Origin: Idiomarina seosinensis
GTDB lineage: Bacteria > Pseudomonadota > Gammaproteobacteria > Enterobacterales > Alteromonadaceae
Length of the DNA: 32,000 nucleotides
Direction: 5' to 3'
Assembly (NCBI RefSeq): GCF_003987275.1
Contig: NZ_PIQF01000003.1
Span: 77,315-109,314, forward strand
In this document: positions 10,248-19,530 of the stretch, piece after piece
How the letters are laid out: each line of letters opens with the position of its first letter
Position numbering within the stretch: position 1 is the stretch's first letter
Made by a program: the position numbers and the translations under genes
The notes under the pieces: model-generated
What the model saw: only the letters and a program-made list of their open reading frames with translations
The model's database searches: none
Told to the model about the DNA's origin: nothing

Positions 10248-11948
10248 ATGACTGACAACCGCGACAAGCAAATTAGCGAAGCTCGGTTCCATAAGCTCTT
10301 TGATGATACACAAGCTATGTCTATTCAGGGCTATCGTGTCGATGGCACGGTTGTCTATTGGAATGCCGCTTCAGAAAAAATCTACGGTTATTCCACTAAT
10401 GAAGCGCTGGGGAAAACGCTTTACGACCTAATTATTCCCCATGAGATGCGTGACGAGGTTAAGCAAGCAGTCGCCTGGATGTTTCAGCATAAAGAAGGCA
10501 TTCCGCCAGCGCGGCTTAACCTGCGACATAAAGATGGTAGTACTGTTCCTGTATACTCAAGCCACACCGTTGTGTCACTACCATACGATGAGCCCATTAT
10601 GTTTTGTATGGACGCAGATATGCGGGCGCTTGAAATGGCAGAGGCAGAGGTGCAGCGACTTTCGTACTACGACCCGCTCACCGAACTGCCTAATCGGCGC
10701 CTAATGCTTGAGCGTATTGCGAGTATGATGCGCAATGCTAACGGCGAGAGAGCGGTTGCTGCATTACTTATTGTTGATATTGATAACTTTCACAGTATCA
10801 ATGAGAGTCTTGGTTACAGTTATGGTGACCGCGTTCTGGTGAGTTGTGCAAGATCGCTGCAGTGCTTTAGCTCAACTGCAGATGACTTGGCTCGTCTGGG
10901 CAAAGATGAATTTGCCATCTTACTGCCATGCTCTGCTATGTCATTTGCTGACGCTGCTGCAGAAGCCGAACAACTGGCCACTCAGATCCTTCGCGTGCTG
11001 GAAGAGCCCTTACTGTTAGAACAGCGCACTCACCAACTGAATGCTTGTGTCGGCATCACCCTAAGCCAGTGCCCGAGCGACTTAGCAGGTGATGAATTGC
11101 TACGCCAGGCGGATATTGCATTAAAAACGGCTAAGCGGTCTAAGATCAATACTATTAGTTTCTTTGACCAGGAAATGGAGGTTGCAGTAAAAGAGCGTTT
11201 ACAACTGTCACAAGCTCTTAACCATGCCATCGAAAATCAGGAGTTAAGGCTGGCTCTGCAGCCACAGGTTAATCAAAAGAAGCAGGTTATAGGTTTCGAA
11301 GCTCTACTGCGTTGGCAGCACCCTAAACTGAACACGATATCACCGAACGACTTTATCCCGATTGCTGAGGCTACTGGCAGCATTATCCCGATCGGCGATT
11401 GGGTACTGGAAAAAAGCTGTGAAATGCTTGTGCAGTGGGCAACCAATAAAGCACACGAGCATCTAAAAATTTCGGTCAATGTCAGCCCCGTGCAGTTTCG
11501 TCGAGGAGATTTTGTACAACGGGTAGAAGAAATTCTTAAGCGCACCGGTGCCAGCCCCCATAATTTACGTTTTGAGCTAACAGAAAGTCTACTGGCCGAG
11601 AACATCGACTTTGTTATTGCACAGATGGAGCGGTTGCGCGGGTTAGGGGTTTCTATCTCTTTGGATGACTTTGGTACTGGCTATGCTTCCTTGGCTTATC
11701 TTACCCAGTTGCCGCTGGACGAGCTTAAAATCGACCGTGCATTCGTTAGCGACCTGGATAAAAAGGGTAAAGGCGAACTGTTAACCGAGACTATTATTAG
11801 TCTTGGTCGTAGTATGAACCTTGACGTTGTCGCTGAGGGCGTTGAAACGCATCAGCAGTTTCAACGCCTGCAGGATATGGGGTGCAACTATTTTCAGGGG
11901 TTCCTGCTTGGGGAACCACGTACTGATGTTTCAGGTTATTTAGAGTAA
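10248..11948 (+). CDS. PAS / degenerate GGDEF / EAL protein, predicted c-di-GMP phosphodiesterase
   Basis: 566 aa. The PAS region is VVYWNAASEKIYGYSTNEALGKTLYDLI. The GGDEF domain has the signature changed to GKDEF (ARLGKDEFAILL) and no RxxD I-site. The EAL domain keeps EALLRW, NVSP, ELTES, DDFGTGYAS, KIDRAF, EGVE and QGF. Confidence 0.9.
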   Translation: MTDNRDKQISEARFHKLFDDTQAMSIQGYRVDGTVVYWNAASEKIYGYSTNEALGKTLYDLIIPHEMRDEVKQAVAWMFQHKEGIPPARLNLRHKDGSTVPVYSSHTVVSLPYDEPIMFCMDADMRALEMAEAEVQRLSYYDPLTELPNRRLMLERIASMMRNANGERAVAALLIVDIDNFHSINESLGYSYGDRVLVSCARSLQCFSSTADDLARLGKDEFAILLPCSAMSFADAAAEAEQLATQILRVLEEPLLLEQRTHQLNACVGITLSQCPSDLAGDELLRQADIALKTAKRSKINTISFFDQEMEVAVKERLQLSQALNHAIENQELRLALQPQVNQKKQVIGFEALLRWQHPKLNTISPNDFIPIAEATGSIIPIGDWVLEKSCEMLVQWATNKAHEHLKISVNVSPVQFRRGDFVQRVEEILKRTGASPHNLRFELTESLLAENIDFVIAQMERLRGLGVSISLDDFGTGYASLAYLTQLPLDELKIDRAFVSDLDKKGKGELLTETIISLGRSMNLDVVAEGVETHQQFQRLQDMGCNYFQGFLLGEPRTDVSGYLE

Positions 11949-11954
11949 ACTTCC

Positions 11955-12875
11955 CTAAAAATAAGTTTCACGGATTTGTTCTGAGATTTTAATCAGGCCC
12001 AGCTGCATGTCGTCAATAAACTCGTGCAAACTTTCCTGTTTTAACGACTGAGGTTTGGCTTTTAATAGCTTTGCTTGCAGCGTATCAATAGACTTAATCG
12101 CATCATCGTGGTGCGGTAATTCCTGCAAAAATACCTTAACCTGCTTCAGGGTATGTGCCAGAGAACGCGGAAAACGGGATTCTAATAATAGGAATCTCAG
12201 CACATCGGCCCGGTTAATGCGCAGGCGCAATTCTCGCCGGTACATCTGGTAGGCAGACATGGATTTAAGTACCCCCATCCACTGAATGTTTTCAAAAGCC
12301 GATTGTTCAAGATCCAGCTCAGGAAGCAGAGAAGCTGACCGTACGTCGATAATTCGGGTGGTCATGTCGGCGCGTTCAAGGTTACGACCCATGCGCAAAA
12401 AGGCATAGCCTTCATCGTGTGTCATAGTGCCTGCTAGCATGCCAGTAATGGTCTGATTGGAACGAATGACATCAGTCAAAGACTCGTAGCGATGGCGTCG
12501 GCCAACCAGCGACTGGCAATTCTTAACGGCTGACAAATATAAGGTGTTGATCTGCTCCCAGCTCTCCCGTGGAATAATTTCTCTGATTGTGCGGGCGTTC
12601 TCCCGGGCCTGGGTGAGCGAGCTGATAATAGATCCCGGGTTGTACTTATCCGTGACCATATACTTGACCACGCTGCGTTCGTCGGCTTCCTCGTAGTGGT
12701 TATAGAACTCTTCTCTTACCGACAGGATGTCGATAATGGGTTCCCAGCCAAGTTTAACCGTTCGCGGTAAATCCATTAATAAGTGCGAGTTCACGTTGAT
12801 TACCCGGGCGGTGTTTTCTGCCCGCTCCAGATACCTGGACATCCAGAATATATTGCTTGCTACGCGTGACAACAT
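11955..12875 (-). CDS. Alpha-E domain protein (partner of the circularly permuted ATP-grasp)
   Basis: The N-terminus MLSRVASNIFWMSRYLERAENTARV is the hallmark start of alpha-E/DUF403-type proteins. I place the start at ATG 12875, 2 nt after the upstream TAA, using the GGAG inside the last codons of the ATP-grasp gene as SD. The ORF-track start at 12902 would overlap the upstream gene by 25 nt. Confidence 0.85.
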   Translation of the reverse strand: MLSRVASNIFWMSRYLERAENTARVINVNSHLLMDLPRTVKLGWEPIIDILSVREEFYNHYEEADERSVVKYMVTDKYNPGSIISSLTQARENARTIREIIPRESWEQINTLYLSAVKNCQSLVGRRHRYESLTDVIRSNQTITGMLAGTMTHDEGYAFLRMGRNLERADMTTRIIDVRSASLLPELDLEQSAFENIQWMGVLKSMSAYQMYRRELRLRINRADVLRFLLLESRFPRSLAHTLKQVKVFLQELPHHDDAIKSIDTLQAKLLKAKPQSLKQESLHEFIDDMQLGLIKISEQIRETYF

Positions 12876-12877
12876 GA

Positions 12878-14329
12878 TTAAGCCTCCATATCCACTATCC
12901 AAGTATCCTTACTGCCGCCACCCTGAGACGAGTTGACCACAATAGAACCTTTGCGTAATGCCACCCGAGTCAGTCCACCGGTGGTCACCTGAATATTTTT
13001 TCCACTCAGCACAAAGGGCCTTAAATCCAGGTGCCTGGGCTCTGCCTTGTTTTCAATTAGGGTAGGGGCGGTAGACAGCATCAGCATTGGCTGCGCCACG
13101 TAGTTACGCGGGTCTTTGCGGACCAGGCGTTTAAACTTTTCACACTCAGCTTTACTGGCGTGAGGGCCAATTAACATGCCGGCACCGCCGGATTCATTGG
13201 CGGGCTTAACCACCATTTTATCTATGTTTTCAATCACATAATCGCGTTCATCCTTGTTAATACATTTATAGGTTGGAACATTAGGAATGATAGGATCTTC
13301 GTTCAGATAGTAACGAATAATATCGGGAACAAAGGCATACACGACCTTATCGTCGGCAACTCCGGAGCCAGGAGCATTGGCCAGCGCGACATTGCCTGCC
13401 TTCCAGGCGCGCATAAGACCAGGAACGCCGAGCAGCGAATCGGGATTAAATACCTCCGGGTCGATAAAGTGATCATCAACCCGCCGATAAATGACATCTA
13501 CCCGAGCCGGGCCTTCAATAGTGCGCATATACACGACGTCGTCATCGTCGACCAACAAATCGCGGCCTTCAACTACCTCGGCGCCCATTTGTTGGGCTAA
13601 ATAGGCGTGCTCAAAATAGGCTGAATTGTAGATGCCTGGCGTTAATATCACGATTTCCGGCTGTTCAATGTCTCTGGGCGATAGTTCACACAGCATGTCA
13701 TAAAGATGAGAGGGGTAATCGTCCACCGGTAAAATATTATATTGCTCGAACATCTCAGGGAAAACGCGCTTCATCACTTCTCGGTTTTCCAGCATATAAG
13801 AGACCCCGGAAGGAACTCGCAAATTATCTTCAAGTACGTACACAGTGCCATCATTATCTCTGACCAAATCTGAGCCGCAAATATGCGCCCATATTCCCAG
13901 TGGTGGGTGAACGCCTTTGCATTGGGGTAAGAAGTTTTTAGATTTTTTCAGCAGGCTGGCGGGGAACACACCATCTTTGATAATTTTCTGATCGTTATAA
14001 AGATCATCAATAAACATATTCATGGCTTTGACCCGTTGCTTCAGCCCAGCCTCTATCTGTTGCCATTCCTGCTTGTCGATAATTCTGGGGATAATGTCAA
14101 ACGGCCAGGCACGATCGATAGACCCTTCGTCCTCGTGATAAACCCGGAAACTGATGCCCATGACATGGATAGCAGATTCTGCTGCAACCTTATACTCTTC
14201 AAGGTTTTTATCCGTTAAGCTGCGTAAATAGCTGCATATGATTGCCGCCGCTGCGCGTGGTTTGCCGGACGCCCGTAAAAGTTCATCGTACAAGTTGTTT
14301 ACTTTATAGCTTCCCCAGCGAATGGTCAT
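12878..14329 (-). CDS. Circularly permuted type-2 ATP-grasp protein
   Basis: 483 aa. Its size, its tight pairing with the alpha-E gene and strings such as VLEDNLRVPSGVSYMLENR, IVILTPGIYNSAYFEH and VVKPANESGGAGMLIGP fit the family annotated as circularly permuted ATP-grasp type 2. Confidence 0.85.
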   Translation of the reverse strand: MTIRWGSYKVNNLYDELLRASGKPRAAAAIICSYLRSLTDKNLEEYKVAAESAIHVMGISFRVYHEDEGSIDRAWPFDIIPRIIDKQEWQQIEAGLKQRVKAMNMFIDDLYNDQKIIKDGVFPASLLKKSKNFLPQCKGVHPPLGIWAHICGSDLVRDNDGTVYVLEDNLRVPSGVSYMLENREVMKRVFPEMFEQYNILPVDDYPSHLYDMLCELSPRDIEQPEIVILTPGIYNSAYFEHAYLAQQMGAEVVEGRDLLVDDDDVVYMRTIEGPARVDVIYRRVDDHFIDPEVFNPDSLLGVPGLMRAWKAGNVALANAPGSGVADDKVVYAFVPDIIRYYLNEDPIIPNVPTYKCINKDERDYVIENIDKMVVKPANESGGAGMLIGPHASKAECEKFKRLVRKDPRNYVAQPMLMLSTAPTLIENKAEPRHLDLRPFVLSGKNIQVTTGGLTRVALRKGSIVVNSSQGGGSKDTWIVDMEA

Positions 14330-14475
14330 GTGCAGCTCTCTTGTTTATTTTGTAATCACTTATAAACATAGCGGTTTTTGAATGAAAAATACAAAACTGT
14401 TTGTTTTTGTTGGTACTTAGTTAGAGAATATGGATAGTTTAGGCTCGACTAGAGCCGGTATCTTTGGAGTGTTTT

Positions 14476-15216
14476 GTGACCTATTGTTTGGCTATTCGTG
14501 TGAACAAAGGCTTGGTTTTTGCGTCGGATTCGCGCACAAATGCAGGCGTAGACTATGTAGCTACCTACAGTAAGATGTATCGGTTTGCCTGGCCGGGTGA
14601 ACGCAGTATTGTGCTACTTTCGGCGGGCAGCCTGGCGACCTCACAGGCAGTGGTTAACGCCATAAATTCAGACTTAGAAGACCCCGATGCGCCATTTAAT
14701 TTGCGCAAGGGCAAACATCTATACGATGTTGCCAGTTATGTCGGTAATTTGAGTCAACAAGAGCAGCAACAACATGCGCCGGCATTGGAGAAAAGTAATG
14801 CCAGCGGCGAAGCCAGTTTTATTTTGGGTGGACAAATCGACGGTAAAACCTGTGAAATCTATATGATTTATCCGCAGGGCAATTACATCAGTGCGTCGGA
14901 CGATACCCCCTATTTGCAGATTGGCGAAAACAAATATGGAAAGCCAATACTGGATCGTATTATAACGCCAAATACTTCGCTGGAAGACGCTGCCCGCTGT
15001 GCCATGGTATCGCTGGATTCGACGGTGCGCAGTAATATTAGCGTGGGCTTACCGATTGAGCTGGCCATTTATACGAGCGACAGTATTGAAGAGCCTTGGC
15101 ACAATAAATACAGCGCCTTCAGCCCTATGTATAAATCTCTGCAAAAACAATGGAATGAAGGTTTGCGACAGGCTTTTTCTGGCCTGCCACGATTCGATTG
15201 GGAAAAAGAGAATTAA
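14476..15216 (+). CDS. Proteasome-type Ntn hydrolase, Anbu (ancestral beta-subunit) family
   Basis: With a GTG start at 14476 (GGAG 6 nt upstream) the product begins fM-TYCLAIRVNKGLVFASDSRTNAGVD. That gives Thr1, Asp17 and Lys32, matching the proteasome beta catalytic set, with no propeptide. The ORF-track TTG at 14464 would add 4 residues before the Thr. Confidence 0.85.
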   Translation: MTYCLAIRVNKGLVFASDSRTNAGVDYVATYSKMYRFAWPGERSIVLLSAGSLATSQAVVNAINSDLEDPDAPFNLRKGKHLYDVASYVGNLSQQEQQQHAPALEKSNASGEASFILGGQIDGKTCEIYMIYPQGNYISASDDTPYLQIGENKYGKPILDRIITPNTSLEDAARCAMVSLDSTVRSNISVGLPIELAIYTSDSIEEPWHNKYSAFSPMYKSLQKQWNEGLRQAFSGLPRFDWEKEN

Positions 15217-15218
15217 GC

Positions 15219-16304
15219 CTAGTCAGTATAAGCGTCGCTGATAATCTTGTGCACAAAACGCAGTTTATCGGTTGCGATATTGGAAATAACAAAAGGATAA
15301 GCGTCGTCCACGCCCATGCTGCGGTTAAGTGCGTTTAACACTGCTGTTAGTCGGCACCAGTCGTTATAAAGCTGATTAAAATGCGCTTCGCTTTTGGCGT
15401 CGCCAGTTTCCGGTAATTGTTGCAAAGGATTGATTACCTGATGTGAAGACACGCTGAAATCAAAATTACTGGCAGTTTCCAGGGTATCCACCATGTGCAG
15501 GTAGTGGGCCCATGTTTCTGCCCAGTCTTCCCAGGGATGCATACTGGCGTAGGCACTGACCCAAACTTTATGCCAGTCAGCAGCCGGACCATGCTCGTAA
15601 TAATTTTGCAGCGCATAGGTATAATTGAGTCGCTCATCACCAAATAGCTCACGGAACTCAGTTAACCAGTGGCTGTTCCGCACTAGCCGATCCCAGTAGT
15701 AATGTCCCGATTCGTGACGAAAATGCCCGACAAGGGTGCGATACTGCTCGTTCATTTCCTCGCGCATTTTAACCCTTGAGCTATGTTCAGCCTCTTTCAG
15801 GTCGAGTGTAATAATGCCCGCATTGTGACCCGTGGTGACGAAGTTTTTAACGGTAAGCTCATTGCCAAACTCGTCTTCTGTTTGATCTTCAAGAAACTCA
15901 AAGCCCAGGCCATGTTCTGGATCCTGCCGTCGCGATTTTACCGGCAGTTTTAGTTTGTAAATGGTATAAAGCAAACGCCGCTTGGCATGCTCCATACGGA
16001 ACCAAAGTCGCCGGTTATCTGGTTGATCCAGGTTTGGAATAGTAAGGGTTAATTCGCAGGACGCACATAAGTCACCTTGTTCTTCAACGGGTATCATCCA
16101 GTTGCAGACATCTTGTATCGAATAATTTTTGCACTGACGATAGAGTCTGCCGTTGGTAGCGGCGCGCCAAACTCCCGCTTGTTGCTTGGTAAAAGCACTT
16201 AGCTTCTTGTCGTCTGGCATAAAACCCAACATTAGCCCACAACTGACACAGCGGGTGTTAGCAAAATGCAGAGTATTACCGCATTGACATTCGAAGGTTC
16301 GCAT
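15219..16304 (-). CDS. Zn-ribbon plus HExxH zinc metallopeptidase family protein
   Basis: 361 aa. The N-terminal CQCG...CVSCG ribbon is followed by a second Cys cluster (CNW...CASC). It carries the zincin motif HESGHYYWD and a downstream HPWEDWAETWAHYLH block, typical of proteins annotated as putative zinc-binding metallopeptidase. Confidence 0.8.
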   Translation of the reverse strand: MRTFECQCGNTLHFANTRCVSCGLMLGFMPDDKKLSAFTKQQAGVWRAATNGRLYRQCKNYSIQDVCNWMIPVEEQGDLCASCELTLTIPNLDQPDNRRLWFRMEHAKRRLLYTIYKLKLPVKSRRQDPEHGLGFEFLEDQTEDEFGNELTVKNFVTTGHNAGIITLDLKEAEHSSRVKMREEMNEQYRTLVGHFRHESGHYYWDRLVRNSHWLTEFRELFGDERLNYTYALQNYYEHGPAADWHKVWVSAYASMHPWEDWAETWAHYLHMVDTLETASNFDFSVSSHQVINPLQQLPETGDAKSEAHFNQLYNDWCRLTAVLNALNRSMGVDDAYPFVISNIATDKLRFVHKIISDAYTD

Positions 16305-16390
16305 AATTTGGTACCAGCAATCAGATGCTCATTAGCAATGAGCGTTCATTTTATGCACTACTTTAGCACGATACTGAACAAAGAGTTTGC

Positions 16391-19369
16391 TTAGCAATTG
16401 GTAACTACTGTATTTCTGCCTTGCTCTTTGCCTTCATAAAGAGCCTCATCGGCGGCTTTGATCCAGGTTTCTAAATTATCTTCGTGCTCTGTAAAGCTAC
16501 TGACACCAATCGTTGCTGTGATAGTTAGAGAAGTGCCCTGATGCTCTAAGGTTTGGTTGGCAATCGCTTCCCTCAGCCTTTGGGCAGCCCGTTCGGCCTG
16601 CTGAATGCTAAGTCCGGGTAGGGCAAGTGTAAATTCTTCGCCGCCCCACCGGGCGACAAGATCTTGATCTCTTACGCAGTCGCTAATCGCCTGGCTGACT
16701 GCTTCTAAGGCGCGGTCACCGACGTCATGACCGTATTCATCGTTAAATTTTTTGAAATGATCAACATCGATAAGAAGTACGCTGAGTGGCTTGTTGTCTC
16801 TTTTATGCTGCTTTAACAGACGCTGGAAACTCGTTTCAAACCCGCGCCGGTTTAGCAGTCCTGTCAGCGGATCCGTTTCAGAAAGCTTTTGCAGTTTTCC
16901 ATTGGCAACTTTGAGCTCGCGCGTGCGTAAAGCAATTTCGTTTTCCAGGTTTCGATTGGCACGTTCAAGTGTTTTGGTGCGCAAACGGATGACGAAGTAT
17001 ATAAACAGAATGAACAGCAATATGGCCACTAAAAGTACCCAAAAGCTATACCACCAAGGGGCTGCAACAACTAATGACAACGTCAGCGGCTCGGCACTTT
17101 CTATACCCTGGCTATTTCGACCCTGAACTCTTAATTGATAGACGCCTGGCGACAGTGCGCTAAAGTTAAGTGACAGGTTATTGCTCCAGTCACTCCATTG
17201 ATCGGTTACGCCGGCTAGTTGGTAGCGAATTGCATTTTTGTCGGGAGCCCGAAAGTCGGTGACGCTAAATGACAGGGTCAGTGTCTGGTAGCCCTCGGGC
17301 AACTCCAGACGTTTTGATGCCAGCGCAAATTGCTGTGTTACGTCTTCATTGTCCAGAGCTATGGCGGTTAATGCGATGTTAGAAGCAACTTCCCGGATTT
17401 CGATTTGGCTGGGGGAAAATGAACGAGCGCCATCCATACTACCTACGGTAACTTCGTCTACGGCTGAGCTATCAATCGAATGTTCTAGAAAGCTGCTTGT
17501 TGAAAGCCCTTCTGCTTCGCCTAATGTAATGATTTTATTGGTGGCTAGATCTAATCGAGCCAGGCCGTGCGAAGTAATTACCCAGAGGCTGCCCATTGTG
17601 TCTTCGGCCAGCCCCAATACTCGGTTTGAGGGAAGCCCGTCAGCCTCAGTAAACTGCTCGGTCTTACCGGTCTTAGTATCGTACATCCATAAGCCGCTAT
17701 CGCTGCACAACCAAACTGTATTTGGGGCAAACGAATCAGCGCAGAGTAAGGTTGTGTCGTTAAAAGGACCTTCGGCTGCTGATGGCTTGGTCAGGTTAAG
17801 CAGTCCAGAGTAACGGGTAGCGCTATAGACGCCGGAGTTTTCAACAGTAACAATAGAGTAGGCTTGATCGCCGCGCAGCTCGCCAAAGGTTCTGTCTTGC
17901 CAGGAAAACACTTGTGATGAGAGTTCGTAGCGAACAATACCCTGACCCCATAAGCCAATTAAAATGGCGCCATCAGCAAGCTCATGTATTGCGGTGACTG
18001 TATTTTCCTCGAGACCGAGCTGATCTTTGATACCGGTAAAAGGTTCTAACTTTGGGTACTTTGTATCAGTTTTAAATAGCTCCTCGTTGGTGCCAACCCA
18101 TAAATTGTCTTGGCTGTCTGTAAGCAGCACATTCACATCGCGTACCGCATGTTCCTTCGAAAACGGGAAAAAATGCCAACTTTGGCTTGTCGCTTCTCGT
18201 TTGTAAATTCCCTCGCTGCTAGCCAGCCACAAGTCATTATTATCCGAGTAATGCACGGCTTGTATGGGGTTATCAATTGGCTCAGGGCCCGCTTGACCTT
18301 CTGTTGCTGCCAGGGGATTAAAGAAATTAGTATAAATACTGATGCCCTGAAACAAACCCTGACCGCGAGTGCCAATCCATAAAGTTCCGGTTTGGTCAAA
18401 CTGCAGCGAGCGGATATCAATATTCTTAAGATCGGTCCACTGGTCGTCTTTCTTTATAAAGGTTTTGGCTTTGGTATCGACCCGATATAACCCTTCGCTG
18501 GCACCAACCCACAGCGAGGAGGAGAGTACATTACTGTGCTCATACACGATATCGTTTACACGCAAACTGGGCGGGGCGTTGTCGCTGCTGAACGTTACCG
18601 GTTTAAAAGCATCGGCTTCGGCGTCAAAGTAAAATAAACCTTGATCCGTTCCTGCCCAAAGCGTGTTATCTATTTGTTTAATCGTGCGAACTTCGTTGGT
18701 GCGGTTTTGGCCAATATTCTTTGGATCAATAAAGTACTGCTTCCAGGTTGTTAATTCCGGTGAGATTTTAAAAACGCCCTGAGAGGTCGCCACCCATAAT
18801 GCTGAACTTGATTCCGTTATCCACCAAATTCTTAAGTTGTTGAGTGGGTGTTGCTGATCCAGAAATTTAAACGCTAACGACTGAGTTACAGTCTCGTTGG
18901 CGTCAATATACTGCAAACCATCCAGCGAGCCGACCCAGAGACGACCGCTACTGTCCTTGAACAGCGTTTGTACCCGGTCGTTTTTTAGGCCTCTCGCATC
19001 GTCAGATTTTTTGAATTGAAAGGCTTGCTGCGTTTTGGAGTTCCATGCGGCAAGGCCATGTCCCCAGGTAGCGGCCCAAATCATATTGCCGTCAATCAGT
19101 AGTTTAGAAAAGTCAGGCGCATCGACTGACGGCAGGATAGTGCTTGTCCAGCGGGTAAATTGTTGACCATTGTAGCGGAGAATACCGTCGGTATCGGTTG
19201 CCAGCCACAATAAGCCGTGGTCATCCAACGCTAATTGGTAGACAGAAGCCTGCCGCTCAGCCATGTTTTGCGCAACACGAGAAAACTCCTTCTGCTGGAT
19301 GTGGGTGCTAGCGTTGGCAACTAAGCTTGTAAAAACGAAGATTGTGAGGGCAATAAAATACTTTTTCAT
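16391..19369 (-). CDS. Periplasmic double beta-propeller / Y_Y_Y / TM / GGDEF diguanylate cyclase
   Basis: 992 aa. It has a signal peptide and about 14 repeats of the two-component-regulator propeller motif (LWLATDTDGILRY, LWVGSLDGLQYI, LWVATSQGVFKI and so on). A Y_Y_Y-type Ig domain (IRYQLAGVTDQWSDW...YQLRVQGRN), a TM helix and a coiled coil follow. The GGDEF domain has an intact GGEEF and a canonical RxxD I-site (RDQD five residues upstream). Confidence 0.9.
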   Translation of the reverse strand: MKKYFIALTIFVFTSLVANASTHIQQKEFSRVAQNMAERQASVYQLALDDHGLLWLATDTDGILRYNGQQFTRWTSTILPSVDAPDFSKLLIDGNMIWAATWGHGLAAWNSKTQQAFQFKKSDDARGLKNDRVQTLFKDSSGRLWVGSLDGLQYIDANETVTQSLAFKFLDQQHPLNNLRIWWITESSSALWVATSQGVFKISPELTTWKQYFIDPKNIGQNRTNEVRTIKQIDNTLWAGTDQGLFYFDAEADAFKPVTFSSDNAPPSLRVNDIVYEHSNVLSSSLWVGASEGLYRVDTKAKTFIKKDDQWTDLKNIDIRSLQFDQTGTLWIGTRGQGLFQGISIYTNFFNPLAATEGQAGPEPIDNPIQAVHYSDNNDLWLASSEGIYKREATSQSWHFFPFSKEHAVRDVNVLLTDSQDNLWVGTNEELFKTDTKYPKLEPFTGIKDQLGLEENTVTAIHELADGAILIGLWGQGIVRYELSSQVFSWQDRTFGELRGDQAYSIVTVENSGVYSATRYSGLLNLTKPSAAEGPFNDTTLLCADSFAPNTVWLCSDSGLWMYDTKTGKTEQFTEADGLPSNRVLGLAEDTMGSLWVITSHGLARLDLATNKIITLGEAEGLSTSSFLEHSIDSSAVDEVTVGSMDGARSFSPSQIEIREVASNIALTAIALDNEDVTQQFALASKRLELPEGYQTLTLSFSVTDFRAPDKNAIRYQLAGVTDQWSDWSNNLSLNFSALSPGVYQLRVQGRNSQGIESAEPLTLSLVVAAPWWYSFWVLLVAILLFILFIYFVIRLRTKTLERANRNLENEIALRTRELKVANGKLQKLSETDPLTGLLNRRGFETSFQRLLKQHKRDNKPLSVLLIDVDHFKKFNDEYGHDVGDRALEAVSQAISDCVRDQDLVARWGGEEFTLALPGLSIQQAERAAQRLREAIANQTLEHQGTSLTITATIGVSSFTEHEDNLETWIKAADEALYEGKEQGRNTVVTNC

Positions 19370-19530
19370 AAATTTGTGTTTAATAACTGCTCAGCTGGAA
19401 GCTTACGCTAGCGCATTCATTTAAACAATATAGATAATCTTTAATTTGACGTTGCTCAGGATTCTAACCTCGCTATCTTTGCAAAGTTGTTATAGCGTAA
19501 TTCCACTAATAAGCTTTATTGAGGATAACG

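Noticed and set aside
10122-16304. The possibility that the region downstream of the tRNA is a genomic island or defence island.
   Set aside because: There is no integrase, transposase or phage gene, no toxin-antitoxin system, and no visible repeat of the tRNA 3' end. The gene content is signalling and metabolic, and the coding style looks the same as the flanks by eye.
16327-16343. The hairpin gctcatt-agc-aatgagc between the GGDEF gene and the zincin gene, considered as a terminator.
   Set aside because: It has a 7-bp AT-rich stem with a 3-nt loop and no U-tract on the relevant minus strand. That is too weak to annotate as a terminator, although it may mark the boundary between the two transcription units.
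17349-17813. A 154-aa plus-strand ORF, together with other 87-111-aa ORFs at 16791, 18110 and 18369, inside the 992-aa propeller-GGDEF gene.
   Set aside because: They lie antisense to a CDS with strong repeat and domain evidence. Their composition is low-complexity and they have no SD. These are typical shadow ORFs.
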